NCBI GenBank assembly: GCA_963727825.1
Contig: CAVSHO010000001.1
Span: 320,001-384,000 of the forward strand
Direction: 5' to 3'
DNA: 64,000 bases
DNA from: Ignavibacteriota bacterium
GTDB lineage: Bacteria; Bacteroidota; Ignavibacteria; UBA10030
A model generated the notes under the pieces. It was given only the letters and a program-made list of their open reading frames with translations. It was not told the DNA's origin and did no database searches. Made by a program: the position numbers and the translations under genes. The stretch's first letter is position 1; each line of letters begins with the position of its first letter. Below, in pieces: positions 40,225 to 49,916 of the stretch.

Positions 40225-41673
40225 ATGCGTACCTTGCTTGTACTAATTCTGCTTACATGTTGTTCCGCTTTACAGGCACAGACAATCTCGTCTGGACCAT
40301 TATCAGGCCATATTAGAGGAACGACGCTTCCTAATAAATCTTATGTCATTACAGATTCTATTGTTGTTGATGCAGTTGACTCCCTTCGGATCAGCGCTGG
40401 TGATACACTGATCATGCAAAGTGTAAACGGTGCGATGTTCGCTTTCGGGAATTTTTATTGTGAAGGCACATCCACAAGTCCCATTGTCATCACTGTTCCG
40501 GCTGCACGTCGCACGCTTGGCCCCGGTCAATGGGGCGGAATAGTGATAGATTCACCTAATGTCTTCAGTATGAAGTTCACTCATATTTACTGGGCAGGAG
40601 GATCGGATCTTACTGGTCATGCATATCGGACGGTCAATATTGTCTCGGGCTATTTGCACAACACGGTAACGACATTCACGGATAACTGGATCACTGGCAC
40701 GGTTGATGATGCCATCGGAATCACCGGCGGTAAAGTCAGCCTTCTGCGAAACGTTTGCAAATGGTGCGGTTCACCGGATGGCGATAATCTCAATATTAAA
40801 AGTGGTGTATGGGGTGAAATCGCGTACAACGTCATCTGGGGACCAGGCGGAAATGGTATTAAGGTCAATGCCAGTTCCAAAACACGTATAACAAATGTGT
40901 GCATTCATAACAATACGATCACTGCCGGCGGCTGGCGCCGTCTTGGAGAACCTGGCTATTGCATTCTTTTGGATGCAAGTGCCCGTGCGGAAATTTATAA
41001 CAACGTATTCGGCGATTGCTATAATGATCTCGAAATCACAACAGCAGCGGATACCGTAAACACAGTGTACGATAATAATTTCTATTTTGGCTCTGTTGAC
41101 AGCTTGAACAAAGCGAATATTTTTTGGGCGCCGGATGGCGTTGCGCGTAAACAAGCGCATGATAAATTTATGGCCGGTAATGCAACTGGGTCTCCGTTTG
41201 TGAAGTTTAATGATTACTTCACTAATACTTGGGCTGCTCTCGATGCTGATAATAATTATCTGTTGAGTGCAACCTATAAGAACCTGGGATTCACGCCCCC
41301 CAGTAGTTGGACGAATCCCGGGATAACCGGCACCCTTCCTGGCGATGCCAATGTCGGAGCACTTGGTGCATCCACAACCGGTGTCAACAATAGCTTGACG
41401 AACGAACCAACGGGTTTTGCACTTAAACAGAATTATCCGAATCCCTTCAACCCATCGACGACAATCGGATACGCTCTTCCGCACGATGGCTTGGTTACAT
41501 TGACTGTCTTTAATCTTCTCGGACAATCTGTTCGTATACTAGTCAACGGTGTGCAGGCAGCAGGCGCTCACGCTGTTCGATTTGATGCATCGACTCTGCC
41601 CTCAGGAGTATATCTGTACAAGCTCCAATCTGGCGGAATGAGCAATGTCGGTCGTATGATGCTTTTGAAGTAA
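40225..41673 (+). CDS. Secreted beta-helix-like protein with T9SS C-terminal domain
   Basis: AGGAGG RBS, signal peptide, PGQWGGIVI, repeated Asn/Gly strands, QNYPNPFNPST...SGVYLYKL. Confidence 0.8.
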   Translation: MRTLLVLILLTCCSALQAQTISSGPLSGHIRGTTLPNKSYVITDSIVVDAVDSLRISAGDTLIMQSVNGAMFAFGNFYCEGTSTSPIVITVPAARRTLGPGQWGGIVIDSPNVFSMKFTHIYWAGGSDLTGHAYRTVNIVSGYLHNTVTTFTDNWITGTVDDAIGITGGKVSLLRNVCKWCGSPDGDNLNIKSGVWGEIAYNVIWGPGGNGIKVNASSKTRITNVCIHNNTITAGGWRRLGEPGYCILLDASARAEIYNNVFGDCYNDLEITTAADTVNTVYDNNFYFGSVDSLNKANIFWAPDGVARKQAHDKFMAGNATGSPFVKFNDYFTNTWAALDADNNYLLSATYKNLGFTPPSSWTNPGITGTLPGDANVGALGASTTGVNNSLTNEPTGFALKQNYPNPFNPSTTIGYALPHDGLVTLTVFNLLGQSVRILVNGVQAAGAHAVRFDASTLPSGVYLYKLQSGGMSNVGRMMLLK

Positions 41674-41720
41674 ATGAAAAGTAGAAAATTGGTTTGCTAT
41701 TTTATATAGGTATATAGGGA

Positions 41721-41756
41721 GAACGGCGGTACAGCCTAAGGGACGTGCCGCCGTTC
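41721..41756 (+). terminator. Stem-loop after the T9SS protein gene
   Basis: GAACGGCGGTAC...GTGCCGCCGTTC; no clear U-tract. Confidence 0.55.
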
Positions 41757-41797
41757 ACTGAATCAATCCATTTAATTATTACGATAAGGACTAAGTT

Positions 41798-42796
41798 ATG
41801 AATCGCTTTCGTTTTTTATTAATTACCATACTCATTCTATTTGCAGCATCTTTCACCAGACTTCAATCTCAATCAGCAATTGGAAATCCCAATCATTTGT
41901 TGCTCGGCAAAGGATCATTAAATTTTCTTGTCATCAGTGATTGGGGCAGAGAGGGTATCGATGACACAGATAAGAAAGCACCCGGTCAACTGAAGGTAGC
42001 AAGACAACTTGGAGTTACTGCAAAAATGGTCAAAGCGTCGTTTGTTGTTTCATGTGGCGACAATTTTCATGGACATGGGGTATCCAGCAGTACGGATTCT
42101 CTATGGAAAGTGAATTTTGAGAATGTTTACAATGCGAAATCATTAATGATTCCATGGTACATAGCACTCGGTAACCATGATTATGCAGGTAACGCAGATG
42201 CAGAACTTGAGTATGCAAAGACAAGCAAGAGGTGGGTAGAACCTGCGCGTTATTTCTCTTTCACTAAGAAACTTCATGGTTCAACGCGGGTTCTTTTTGT
42301 CATTCTTGATTCTTCACCCTTTGTCGAAGAATACATCAATGAAAAAAGCGATGGACATCATGTGAGTGGCCAAAAGATAGCAGTACAACTGCGATGGTGC
42401 GACAGTGTGCTAAGCTCATCGAGCGCAAGTTGGAAATTCGTATTCTTTCATCATCCCGCATATTCCGCTTCTTCTAAACATGGCAGCACCGTGGAAATTC
42501 AGCGCGCGTTCGTTCCTTTGTTTGAAAAGTATCACGTCGATGCCTGCTTCTCAGGTCATGATCATGATTTACAACACTCACGCCCAGATGATGCAACTGT
42601 AGAATATTTTGGATGCGGCGGCGGTTCTGAAACAAGGCCTGCAGGGCAAGCGCCTTTTACGAAGTACAGTAATGCTTCTTTAGGTTTTGGAGTAGCCTCA
42701 CTGACTCAAAGTACAATAAGATTCAGCTTTGTCAACGAGAATGGAGAACAAATTTATGTATATGACATGCATAAGAGAACTGCCAAAGGGCAATAG
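41798..42796 (+). CDS. Exported purple/tartrate-resistant acid phosphatase family metallophosphoesterase
   Basis: SDWG, GDNF, LGNHDY, HHP, SGHDHDLQH; signal peptide. Confidence 0.88.
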   Translation: MNRFRFLLITILILFAASFTRLQSQSAIGNPNHLLLGKGSLNFLVISDWGREGIDDTDKKAPGQLKVARQLGVTAKMVKASFVVSCGDNFHGHGVSSSTDSLWKVNFENVYNAKSLMIPWYIALGNHDYAGNADAELEYAKTSKRWVEPARYFSFTKKLHGSTRVLFVILDSSPFVEEYINEKSDGHHVSGQKIAVQLRWCDSVLSSSSASWKFVFFHHPAYSASSKHGSTVEIQRAFVPLFEKYHVDACFSGHDHDLQHSRPDDATVEYFGCGGGSETRPAGQAPFTKYSNASLGFGVASLTQSTIRFSFVNENGEQIYVYDMHKRTAKGQ

Positions 42797-42876
42797 TTGA
42801 AACGTTCGGTAACAACAATTAAGCTGCTTGACCTAATGTTTGTATTAACAGTATACTACTTTCTTAAGGGGAACAT

Positions 42877-43305
42877 ATGACACATCTAAAAGAAATCATT
42901 AACGCTATTGGTGCTCATGGAAACTGGAAACAACGTCTTCGGCGAGCAATAGAAACAGGGAATAGTGATTTTACCGTTGAAAAAATAAGAGTCGATAATC
43001 AATGCGACTTTGGTAAATGGCTACATTCCTTATCTTCGGATGAAAAAAAGTCGTTTCATTGGACCAAAATTCAACAATTGCATGCAAAATTTCACATTGA
43101 AGCTGCCCGTTTATTCGAACTTGCAATACAAGGGAATCAAAAAGAGGCTTTGGATGCAATGGTCCTTGGAAGTGATTTTGCAAGATACTCCAGTGAATTA
43201 ACAATGGCAATGGTGCAATGGAAAAGATCATTAAAACAAACCGTCACCTTAACCAGATATCTAGACGCTCCTATTCTTTCCTATGACTTTGCCAATGATG
43301 TTTAA
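42877..43305 (+). CDS. Stand-alone CZB (chemoreceptor zinc-binding) domain protein
   Basis: AHGNWK, CDFGKWL, LHAKFH. Confidence 0.85.
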   Translation: MTHLKEIINAIGAHGNWKQRLRRAIETGNSDFTVEKIRVDNQCDFGKWLHSLSSDEKKSFHWTKIQQLHAKFHIEAARLFELAIQGNQKEALDAMVLGSDFARYSSELTMAMVQWKRSLKQTVTLTRYLDAPILSYDFANDV

Positions 43306-43506
43306 TAATGAACTATAGAAGTGGAAACACGCTCCGCTTGTTTTGGGCAACATTGGAATTGGCCTGCATGCAGTAGTGCCTACGGCCTTTCCGCCGCACG
43401 CTTGCTGAAGGCGGGCACACAGGCAGATCACACGGCATCCCGATTTATCAGGAGGCCATCCGTTAGGCAACACAAAATGCATCAAAAATATATTCAGGGA
43501 GATTAT

Positions 43507-43734
43507 ATGAAACGGTATAAGAATCTTGCAGGTGACTCTAAGGTAATCGCATATGAATACGGCTCAGACTTTATACGGGTACAATTTAGAGACAACTCAG
43601 TTTATCGTTACACTTATGAAAGTGCTGGCAATGTCAATATTGAACAAATGAAAAAGTTAGCGAATGCAGGTCATGGACTCAATTCGTTCATTAATACGCA
43701 TGTTCGCAAGCTACAACAATTAAAAGAACGATAA
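43507..43734 (+). CDS. Small conserved hypothetical (KTSC-like) protein preceded by an attC-like end
   Basis: MKRYKNLAGDSKVIAYEYGSDFIRVQF...GHGLNSFIN; GCCATCCGTTAGGC at 43455-43468. Confidence 0.75.
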   Translation: MKRYKNLAGDSKVIAYEYGSDFIRVQFRDNSVYRYTYESAGNVNIEQMKKLANAGHGLNSFINTHVRKLQQLKER

Positions 43735-43840
43735 ATACATCAGAGCTATTCAAATGCTGAAGGTTAACCACTGATAACTGTGGCAAACCAATACTCTAGA
43801 AAAAATGATACATAAACTATCACACATTAAGGAATAAACC

Positions 43841-44845
43841 ATGTCAAGCATACGTACACGATTGTTGATTCTCGGCACGCTCTATTGCTGTGCATTCCCA
43901 TTAGTCTTTGCTCAAGCCACACTTCCTATTGTTCTCGATACAATTGCTGTTGGAGGAACCGGAGGAATGGATTACATCACATGCGATCCGAAAATACATC
44001 GCCTGTATATCTCCCACGGCACTCGTGTTGAAGTCGTTCAGTACGATACAAAAGAGCATGTTGGAAGTATTGAGAAGACATCCGGTGTTCATGGCATAGT
44101 CCTCGCATCTGATCTCTCGCGCGGTTTCACAAGCAATGGTAAAGATGGCAGTGTCACCGTGTTTGACACCAAGACGCTGGCTGTTATTAAAACAATCGAG
44201 ACAAAGCAGCAGAAACCAGACGCCATTCTATTCGAACCAACGACGAAGCGCGTTTTTATTTTCAATGGCGATAGTGAAAACTGTACTGCAATAGATGCAA
44301 CGACGATGGAGATCGTCGGAACGCTGGCGCTTGGCGGTGGACCGGAGGCTCCTGTAGCGGATCGTAAAGGTGATATTTTCGTGAACATTGAAACGACCAA
44401 CGAAGTGGTCCGGTTCGATGCAGCATCGCTGAAGATAAAATCCCGCTGGCCAGTCGCTCCAGCACAAACACCAACAGGGATTTCGATGGATCGCGAAAAC
44501 CGAATTCTTTTCATCGGAGGAAGAAACCAGGTTTTTGTTGCAATGAATGCTGACGATGGTAAGATAATAGCAAGTTTTCCAATAGGGAAAGGTGTGGATG
44601 GCACTGCCTTCGACTCAAAGACAGGAATGATCTATGTCTCAAATAAAGACGGCAGCCTTGATGTGATTCAAGAAGAATCAGCATCGAAGTTTACTTCCGT
44701 TGGCAAACTCCAAACTTCTCCAGGAGCAAAAACACTTGCTCTTGATAACAAATTACACCGGGTATTTCTTCCTGCTGCCCGCCAAGTGGATGGGCCAGGT
44801 GGTATGAAGGGGGAGATGATGGTGCTTGTGGTAGGAGAACGATAG
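43841..44845 (+). CDS. YncE/YVTN-type beta-propeller exported protein
   Basis: Signal peptide; DYITCD, GVHGI, GFTSNG, PDAI, GKGVDG repeats. Confidence 0.85.
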   Translation: MSSIRTRLLILGTLYCCAFPLVFAQATLPIVLDTIAVGGTGGMDYITCDPKIHRLYISHGTRVEVVQYDTKEHVGSIEKTSGVHGIVLASDLSRGFTSNGKDGSVTVFDTKTLAVIKTIETKQQKPDAILFEPTTKRVFIFNGDSENCTAIDATTMEIVGTLALGGGPEAPVADRKGDIFVNIETTNEVVRFDAASLKIKSRWPVAPAQTPTGISMDRENRILFIGGRNQVFVAMNADDGKIIASFPIGKGVDGTAFDSKTGMIYVSNKDGSLDVIQEESASKFTSVGKLQTSPGAKTLALDNKLHRVFLPAARQVDGPGGMKGEMMVLVVGER

Positions 44846-44917
44846 AATCGCGATGTGAAAATGAAGTGCCTCGGAATAATTTCCGAGGCATTCAATAATA
44901 AAAGGATACACTATTAT

Positions 44918-45388
44918 ATGAGAAGGTCATTTCAATTCTTGCCGATGACTTTAATGTTGTCTGGCACCGCGTTGGCACAAATCATCACGGCAAAACAAGT
45001 ACCACCTGTTGTGAAAGAAAATTTTCAAGCGAAGTTTCCAGCCATAAAACGTGCGCAGTGGAAATTCAAATCCGACAGAAACTATGAAGCCGAGTTTGCA
45101 CTGAAGGGAATAGAAATTGTAGCGAAATTCGATTCAACCGGTAAATGGTTGGAGACCGAATCCGCTGCATTTCGGTCTGCGGTTCCCGTAGCGGTATTAG
45201 ACACTATCTCCAGATACTTCAAGGCATATAAGATCGTCGAGATCCAAACCATATATCGCTGGAACGCGGAGTACGCGCTTTGGGAGATACATTTGGATGG
45301 TGCAAACGAAATCGTGAAAGCGCAGTTTGGCAACAATGGTCAGATAATAAGTCAATCCACAAAACCTAAATTTCAAAAAGAGAAGTAG
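44918..45388 (+). CDS. PepSY-like periplasmic protein
   Basis: VPPVVKENFQAKFP, YEAEF, FDSTGKWLETE, VPVAV (two repeats). Confidence 0.78.
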   Translation: MRRSFQFLPMTLMLSGTALAQIITAKQVPPVVKENFQAKFPAIKRAQWKFKSDRNYEAEFALKGIEIVAKFDSTGKWLETESAAFRSAVPVAVLDTISRYFKAYKIVEIQTIYRWNAEYALWEIHLDGANEIVKAQFGNNGQIISQSTKPKFQKEK

Positions 45389-45407
45389 TACCATCCATAC
45401 CGACAAG

Positions 45408-45468
45408 TCAACATTCTGTTTACGAAATCTTCACATTCTTATCATCCTCCCGTAACACCAGAATGACA
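45408..45468 (+). promoter_or_regulatory. Pho-box-like array upstream of the EEP gene
   Basis: TCAACA, TTTACG, TTCACA, ATCATC, GTAACA, ATGACA at an exact 11-bp period. Confidence 0.65.
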
Positions 45469-45525
45469 TCTTAACAATATATTAAAGGAATCGAATTCAT
45501 ATTAATTCGTTTAAAAGAGGAATAT

Positions 45526-46614
45526 ATGAAGCAATTGCTCAGGGTATTTGCATGGATTCTGGCGGCACTCATTATACTGCTTATAGTTGGTTCGACACTT
45601 GATCACCTCGATGCGTTCAGCAGCAAAGACGCTTTGTATGGATTAGATTTCCTTCCAGCATTGTGGGTCAGTGCTATTGCGGTTGTACCGATCGTTCTAT
45701 TCTTTCTCTTTGGAAAAAAGAGAATTGCCTTTCTGTTATTAACCGTTGTTTGCATTTACACAGCGGCTTTTGGTGATTTCTCTCTTTCATTTCTTATTCC
45801 ACGAAACCGACCGCAATCTACCATAGCAAAAAAGATAACTGTCGTTGCGTTGAATGTTCAATATTATTCGCATGGCGTCAATGAAGTGATAGATGGTATT
45901 CTTTCTCTTGGGGCCGATGTGGCGCTCCTATCAGAAAACGACCTTTCTGATAGCCTCACTTCTGTTGTGAAGAAAAAAATTGCTCCAATGCAGATATGTA
46001 TGGGACATAAAAACAGCGTCGCTATTCTTTCACGATATCCAATTGTCGATTTTAAGGAAATAGAACTTCCAAGTTACGAGGCGTCTTTATCCGGGAGCAA
46101 CGATATCGATGATCTTTCCCGCCATCCTCACCGTTCGTTTGTGTACGCGCTCCTTAACGTTAATGGGACTCAAGTGAATGTTGTATCGATCAGATTTATT
46201 GCTGGCAGGCCAAAAAATAATACACTTGGGGAAAATTTACGTTGGGGAAGGTATCTTCTTGCAATGCAAATGGAGGAGGTTGATGCTTTTACCACGTACT
46301 TGCACGGACTTCATGGCCCGGTTATTTTTGGTGGCGACCTCAATGCACCACCATTATCAAAACCAATGCGTAAGATTCAATGCATGGCGACTGATGCCTA
46401 CATGGCTAATCATTTCTGGGGAGATTATACATTCCGTACTGAATTGCCCACGATGAGATTAGATTATCTCTTCAGCATAAACAACGTCATTCCTGATAAC
46501 GCTCGAAGACCGCATCTGACAGTTTCGGATCACTTTCCAGTGGTCGCTGATTTCTGGATTCCAATCATAGAAACGGTTCAAGCGACAAAAAGGGGCATCG
46601 TCTCTCTTTATTAG
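45526..46614 (+). CDS. Membrane-anchored endonuclease/exonuclease/phosphatase (EEP) family protein
   Basis: N-terminal TM helices; LNV, LSE, ILSRYP, GGDLN, RLDY, SDHFP. Confidence 0.88.
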   Translation: MKQLLRVFAWILAALIILLIVGSTLDHLDAFSSKDALYGLDFLPALWVSAIAVVPIVLFFLFGKKRIAFLLLTVVCIYTAAFGDFSLSFLIPRNRPQSTIAKKITVVALNVQYYSHGVNEVIDGILSLGADVALLSENDLSDSLTSVVKKKIAPMQICMGHKNSVAILSRYPIVDFKEIELPSYEASLSGSNDIDDLSRHPHRSFVYALLNVNGTQVNVVSIRFIAGRPKNNTLGENLRWGRYLLAMQMEEVDAFTTYLHGLHGPVIFGGDLNAPPLSKPMRKIQCMATDAYMANHFWGDYTFRTELPTMRLDYLFSINNVIPDNARRPHLTVSDHFPVVADFWIPIIETVQATKRGIVSLY

Positions 46615-46645
46615 GGTAGCTGGTTCACGCAGCTTTTCAGAATAA

Positions 46646-47332
46646 TTACTTCAGCATTGTTACGAACGAATTGTCTAGCCAGACAGGCGCGTCATTGCTG
46701 TTGTTGAAGTATGTTGCTGTGCTATATGCAACAATCACACCTATTATGGATCCCGCGTAAATATCCACAAAAAAATGTTGTGACAAATAAACGCGAGAGA
46801 ATGCAATAATACAAGCGGCAATGAACAATAAGGGTCGTAGCAAGCGTTGCTTTGTCATCATGCATAAAAGTGTGCAGGTGGTAAAGATTGTTGCGCTGTG
46901 ACCTGATGGAAAACTATTAAAGGAATAGACTTCGACACCGGGAACAAGGTACAATTGATGAATCCCTTTAAAGAATTGACACGGTCGGAATGAATCGGAA
47001 AAAAATAATCTCTTTAGTAATTGAATAATAACAGAGCATGAAATATTACTTATCGCGAGCATCATTGCATATCGGAATCTGATAAATAATAAAATCAATA
47101 CCAATATTGTTGCACTAATACCGTCTCCTAAAAGAGTTGCATATGTAAAAAAGACATCAGCAGCAGACGAGTGATATTGATTGATAAAAAGGTGGATGTA
47201 TGCTTTCGGAATAAGAAGGAGGATGAATCCGCCGAAAAGGATAAATACATACATCCACTCGATAAATGGTGAACTATACTTGATCTGCTGAATAATTCTT
47301 TGTAAGAGTATTTGTCTTGAATGAATATTCAC
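46646..47332 (-). CDS. PAP2-family membrane phosphatase
   Basis: LKRLF...RP, SFPSGHS, SRVYLSQHFFVD. Confidence 0.9.
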   Translation of the reverse strand: MNIHSRQILLQRIIQQIKYSSPFIEWMYVFILFGGFILLLIPKAYIHLFINQYHSSAADVFFTYATLLGDGISATILVLILLFIRFRYAMMLAISNISCSVIIQLLKRLFFSDSFRPCQFFKGIHQLYLVPGVEVYSFNSFPSGHSATIFTTCTLLCMMTKQRLLRPLLFIAACIIAFSRVYLSQHFFVDIYAGSIIGVIVAYSTATYFNNSNDAPVWLDNSFVTMLK

Positions 47333-48045
47333 TGTACAGCCTGTTTTTCCTGAAATTTATATCCCACTCCTGGTACTGTTTCGATATAAGATGCGTATCC
47401 TTTAAGTTTCTTTCGTATGCGTCCGATGTGTACATCTATTGTACGGTTGGCTGAACTGTCGTAGTGACCCCAGATAGTATGAAACAACACCTGACGCGTC
47501 ACTACTCGTCCATGGTTTTTTGCAAGTTGTATAAGAATTTCAAATTCCCTTTTAGAAAACTCGACTTGTTCCTTTCCACAGATCACTGTAAATTGAGAAA
47601 TTAGAATCGATAAATCATCGATCGTGATTATATCATTCTCTCTATCCTGCATAGTTAGCTGTTGTTGATCTTGTCGTCTAAAAAGTGCGCGTATCCGGGC
47701 TTTCAAACGAGGTATTTGCAAGGGTTTAGCGATATAATCATCTGCACCGACTTCAAGACTAATAATTTCATCTATCTCTGTCTCCTTATTACTCAGAATG
47801 AATACAGGAACATCGGGCAATTCAGGTTTTTGTTTGACAACTCGAAGAAAATCCAATCCGTTCATATCCGGCAGCTGAGGATTAAGAATGATGAGGTCTG
47901 GAAAAAACTGCAAGTGGTTCAACGCTTCCCGGCCTGAAGAAGCGGTCGTCACGTAATACCCTTCCTGCGAAAGAACACTTGATAACATCGAAGATGTTTC
48001 TGTATCCAAATCAACGATGAGAATAGATTTACAAGCTATGGTCAT
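47329..48045 (-). CDS. OmpR/PhoB-family response regulator with an atypical receiver (Asp replaced by Asn)
   Basis: DLIILNPQLP, GADDYIAKP, RTIDVHIGRIRKKL, IETVPGVGYKF. Confidence 0.9.
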   Translation of the reverse strand: MTIACKSILIVDLDTETSSMLSSVLSQEGYYVTTASSGREALNHLQFFPDLIILNPQLPDMNGLDFLRVVKQKPELPDVPVFILSNKETEIDEIISLEVGADDYIAKPLQIPRLKARIRALFRRQDQQQLTMQDRENDIITIDDLSILISQFTVICGKEQVEFSKREFEILIQLAKNHGRVVTRQVLFHTIWGHYDSSANRTIDVHIGRIRKKLKGYASYIETVPGVGYKFQEKQAVQ

Positions 48046-48055
48046 AGGTTCTTCG

Positions 48056-48083
48056 TTTACAATAGTTTTACAGAAGGGTAACG
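48056..48083 (+). promoter_or_regulatory. Pho-box-like array
   Basis: TTTACA-N5-TTTACA-N5-GTAACG. Confidence 0.65.
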
Positions 48084-48175
48084 AATTGTTTCTTGCTCGT
48101 CTGCCAATGAATGAATAAGTTGTGATTGAATAAATTTCATGAACATGAACTTTTACTATATACGAGATAATACTT

Positions 48176-48991
48176 ATGAAAAATCAATCTTCTCTTTCTA
48201 CAATAATTCCTCTGTTTCAATCTGTGGAGGAAAATTTCCGTAATAATAACCTGGAACTTGCACTGTCAGGAGTTCGTTCCATTCTCGCAGACGATCCAAA
48301 AAACTTCTATGCAATTGCAATTGAGCGTCGTCTGAAGCGTATTTTTGATCTTCAACAAAAACCGTCTACTGCCTCTAATGCGACGGAATATTCTCGTGCC
48401 CGAATGATTGCTGCACTGGAACACGTTTGTCATATGGCTGTACAACAATTGACGAAAATTTCTGAACAGGCATCGGTCCATGACATGAGTCACCAATTGC
48501 GAGAACAAGCGTTGGAGAACAAATATCAAGCGCTGCTGCATCGAGCAAGACAGCAATTCCATATTCAAGAATATAGCCGCGCTCTTCAAGAAGCGGAACG
48601 TGCTCGTATTATCCGGCCGGATAGCGTTGAAGCTGATACCTTGATTCTGGAAATCAAAGCTCATATAGCAACTCCAGCAGTAAAAGAAAAACAACAGGCG
48701 CGGTTAGAAGATGCGGCCAAAGAAAAAAATGAAAAGCCGAAACAGGCACGAGAATTAAAAAATAAAACAGCCATTGAAAGGTCTGAAGTTGTAACTGAGA
48801 AGATTCTTTCTTCCATCTCCTTTGCTGATTATCACCGGACGAATGCCGATTATGCTGTCTGTCTCCAATATATTGAGCAAGGATTAGAGCTCGATCCTTC
48901 CAATGAAGTGCTCCTTCAGATGAAAGAAGAAGTTGAAAAGGTTGTAATGGAAAAATTCTCGGAGAAGGAGTCTTCATATCAGTTAGTCTGA
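48176..48991 (+). CDS. Helical, TPR-like hypothetical protein
   Basis: LADDPKNFYA, ARIIRPDSVEA and GLELDPSN turns typical of TPRs. Confidence 0.65.
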   Translation: MKNQSSLSTIIPLFQSVEENFRNNNLELALSGVRSILADDPKNFYAIAIERRLKRIFDLQQKPSTASNATEYSRARMIAALEHVCHMAVQQLTKISEQASVHDMSHQLREQALENKYQALLHRARQQFHIQEYSRALQEAERARIIRPDSVEADTLILEIKAHIATPAVKEKQQARLEDAAKEKNEKPKQARELKNKTAIERSEVVTEKILSSISFADYHRTNADYAVCLQYIEQGLELDPSNEVLLQMKEEVEKVVMEKFSEKESSYQLV

Positions 48992-49765
48992 AGTGTGTAA
49001 AGACAGTTCAGCAAGATGTAGGCGTGCTTCGTCTTGCTGTTGCTTTTCGCGGAGGTTCTTTGGAACATGCTTTATCACTTCTTTCAATGAAGATACTGCC
49101 AGGGATTTGTTTCCCATCGCTTTATAAGTCCAGAAGAGTTCATAGTAGGCGAACGAATTGGACGAGTCGTACCGTAAAGCAGTTTTCAAATAATGTTCTG
49201 ATGCTTCCAGGGAACCAGAGAGATCTTCGCCAAATACCACGCGCACGATGCCTTTTTCCAGCCAGCTGAGTTTTGAACCCTCACGTTCGAAAATTGCGCG
49301 AACGACGTATGGATAAGAAAACGTCGAATCGCACTCCAGAGATCTCTGAATGTGCGACTTCACATCTTTCCCAATAGATATTTTCTCTCGAATACCAACA
49401 AACGGAATAAGGCTTCCTTTTGCCAGTGCATACCAGAAATGTGCTGCCGCACTATCGGGATAATTGTGTGCAAGAGAGTCTGCAAACTCAATAGCCTTCT
49501 TATATTCCAGCTCAGAAGCCGAGTCTTTGTTCAGATGAATTCTTCCATTGTCGTTGTGAATGCGAACCATACGAAGTAAGCAGGCATAACTCGTAGGAGA
49601 TTCATTGTAAGCCTGCTCGTATTCCTGCTGAGCTGATTTATTATCGAATGCTTGATAATAATAATCTCCCATGGCTATGTGGTTCTCCTTAGGGGGATTC
49701 GAAAAATAGATGATTAATCCAAAAAGTGCGGTGAATATAAATTGTGCCGCTTGTGTCAATTCCAT
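48983..49765 (-). CDS. Exported TPR-like helical protein
   Basis: N-terminal hydrophobic segment; YPDSAAAHFWYALA, ALRYDSSN. Confidence 0.7.
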   Translation of the reverse strand: MELTQAAQFIFTALFGLIIYFSNPPKENHIAMGDYYYQAFDNKSAQQEYEQAYNESPTSYACLLRMVRIHNDNGRIHLNKDSASELEYKKAIEFADSLAHNYPDSAAAHFWYALAKGSLIPFVGIREKISIGKDVKSHIQRSLECDSTFSYPYVVRAIFEREGSKLSWLEKGIVRVVFGEDLSGSLEASEHYLKTALRYDSSNSFAYYELFWTYKAMGNKSLAVSSLKEVIKHVPKNLREKQQQDEARLHLAELSLHTSD

Positions 49766-49821
49766 GATGATCATTTCCTTATGAGTACGATAATAAGGAT
49801 ACAAAACGCATCTTGCTGAAC

Positions 49822-49849
49822 AATAACCGATTCATTACCAATTTGTTAA
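49822..49849 (-). promoter_or_regulatory. Pho-box-like array
   Basis: Minus strand TTAACA-N5-GTAATG-N5-GTTATT. Confidence 0.55.
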
Positions 49850-49916
49850 GTCTGTTAGTGTATCTTGTAAAGGCCAAAATGTGACCGTATATTAATATGC
49901 AAGAGAAGAAATCGTT

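Noticed and set aside
40771-41526. 251-aa minus-strand ORF
   Set aside because: Antisense to the T9SS protein gene, which has an RBS, a signal peptide and a CTD.
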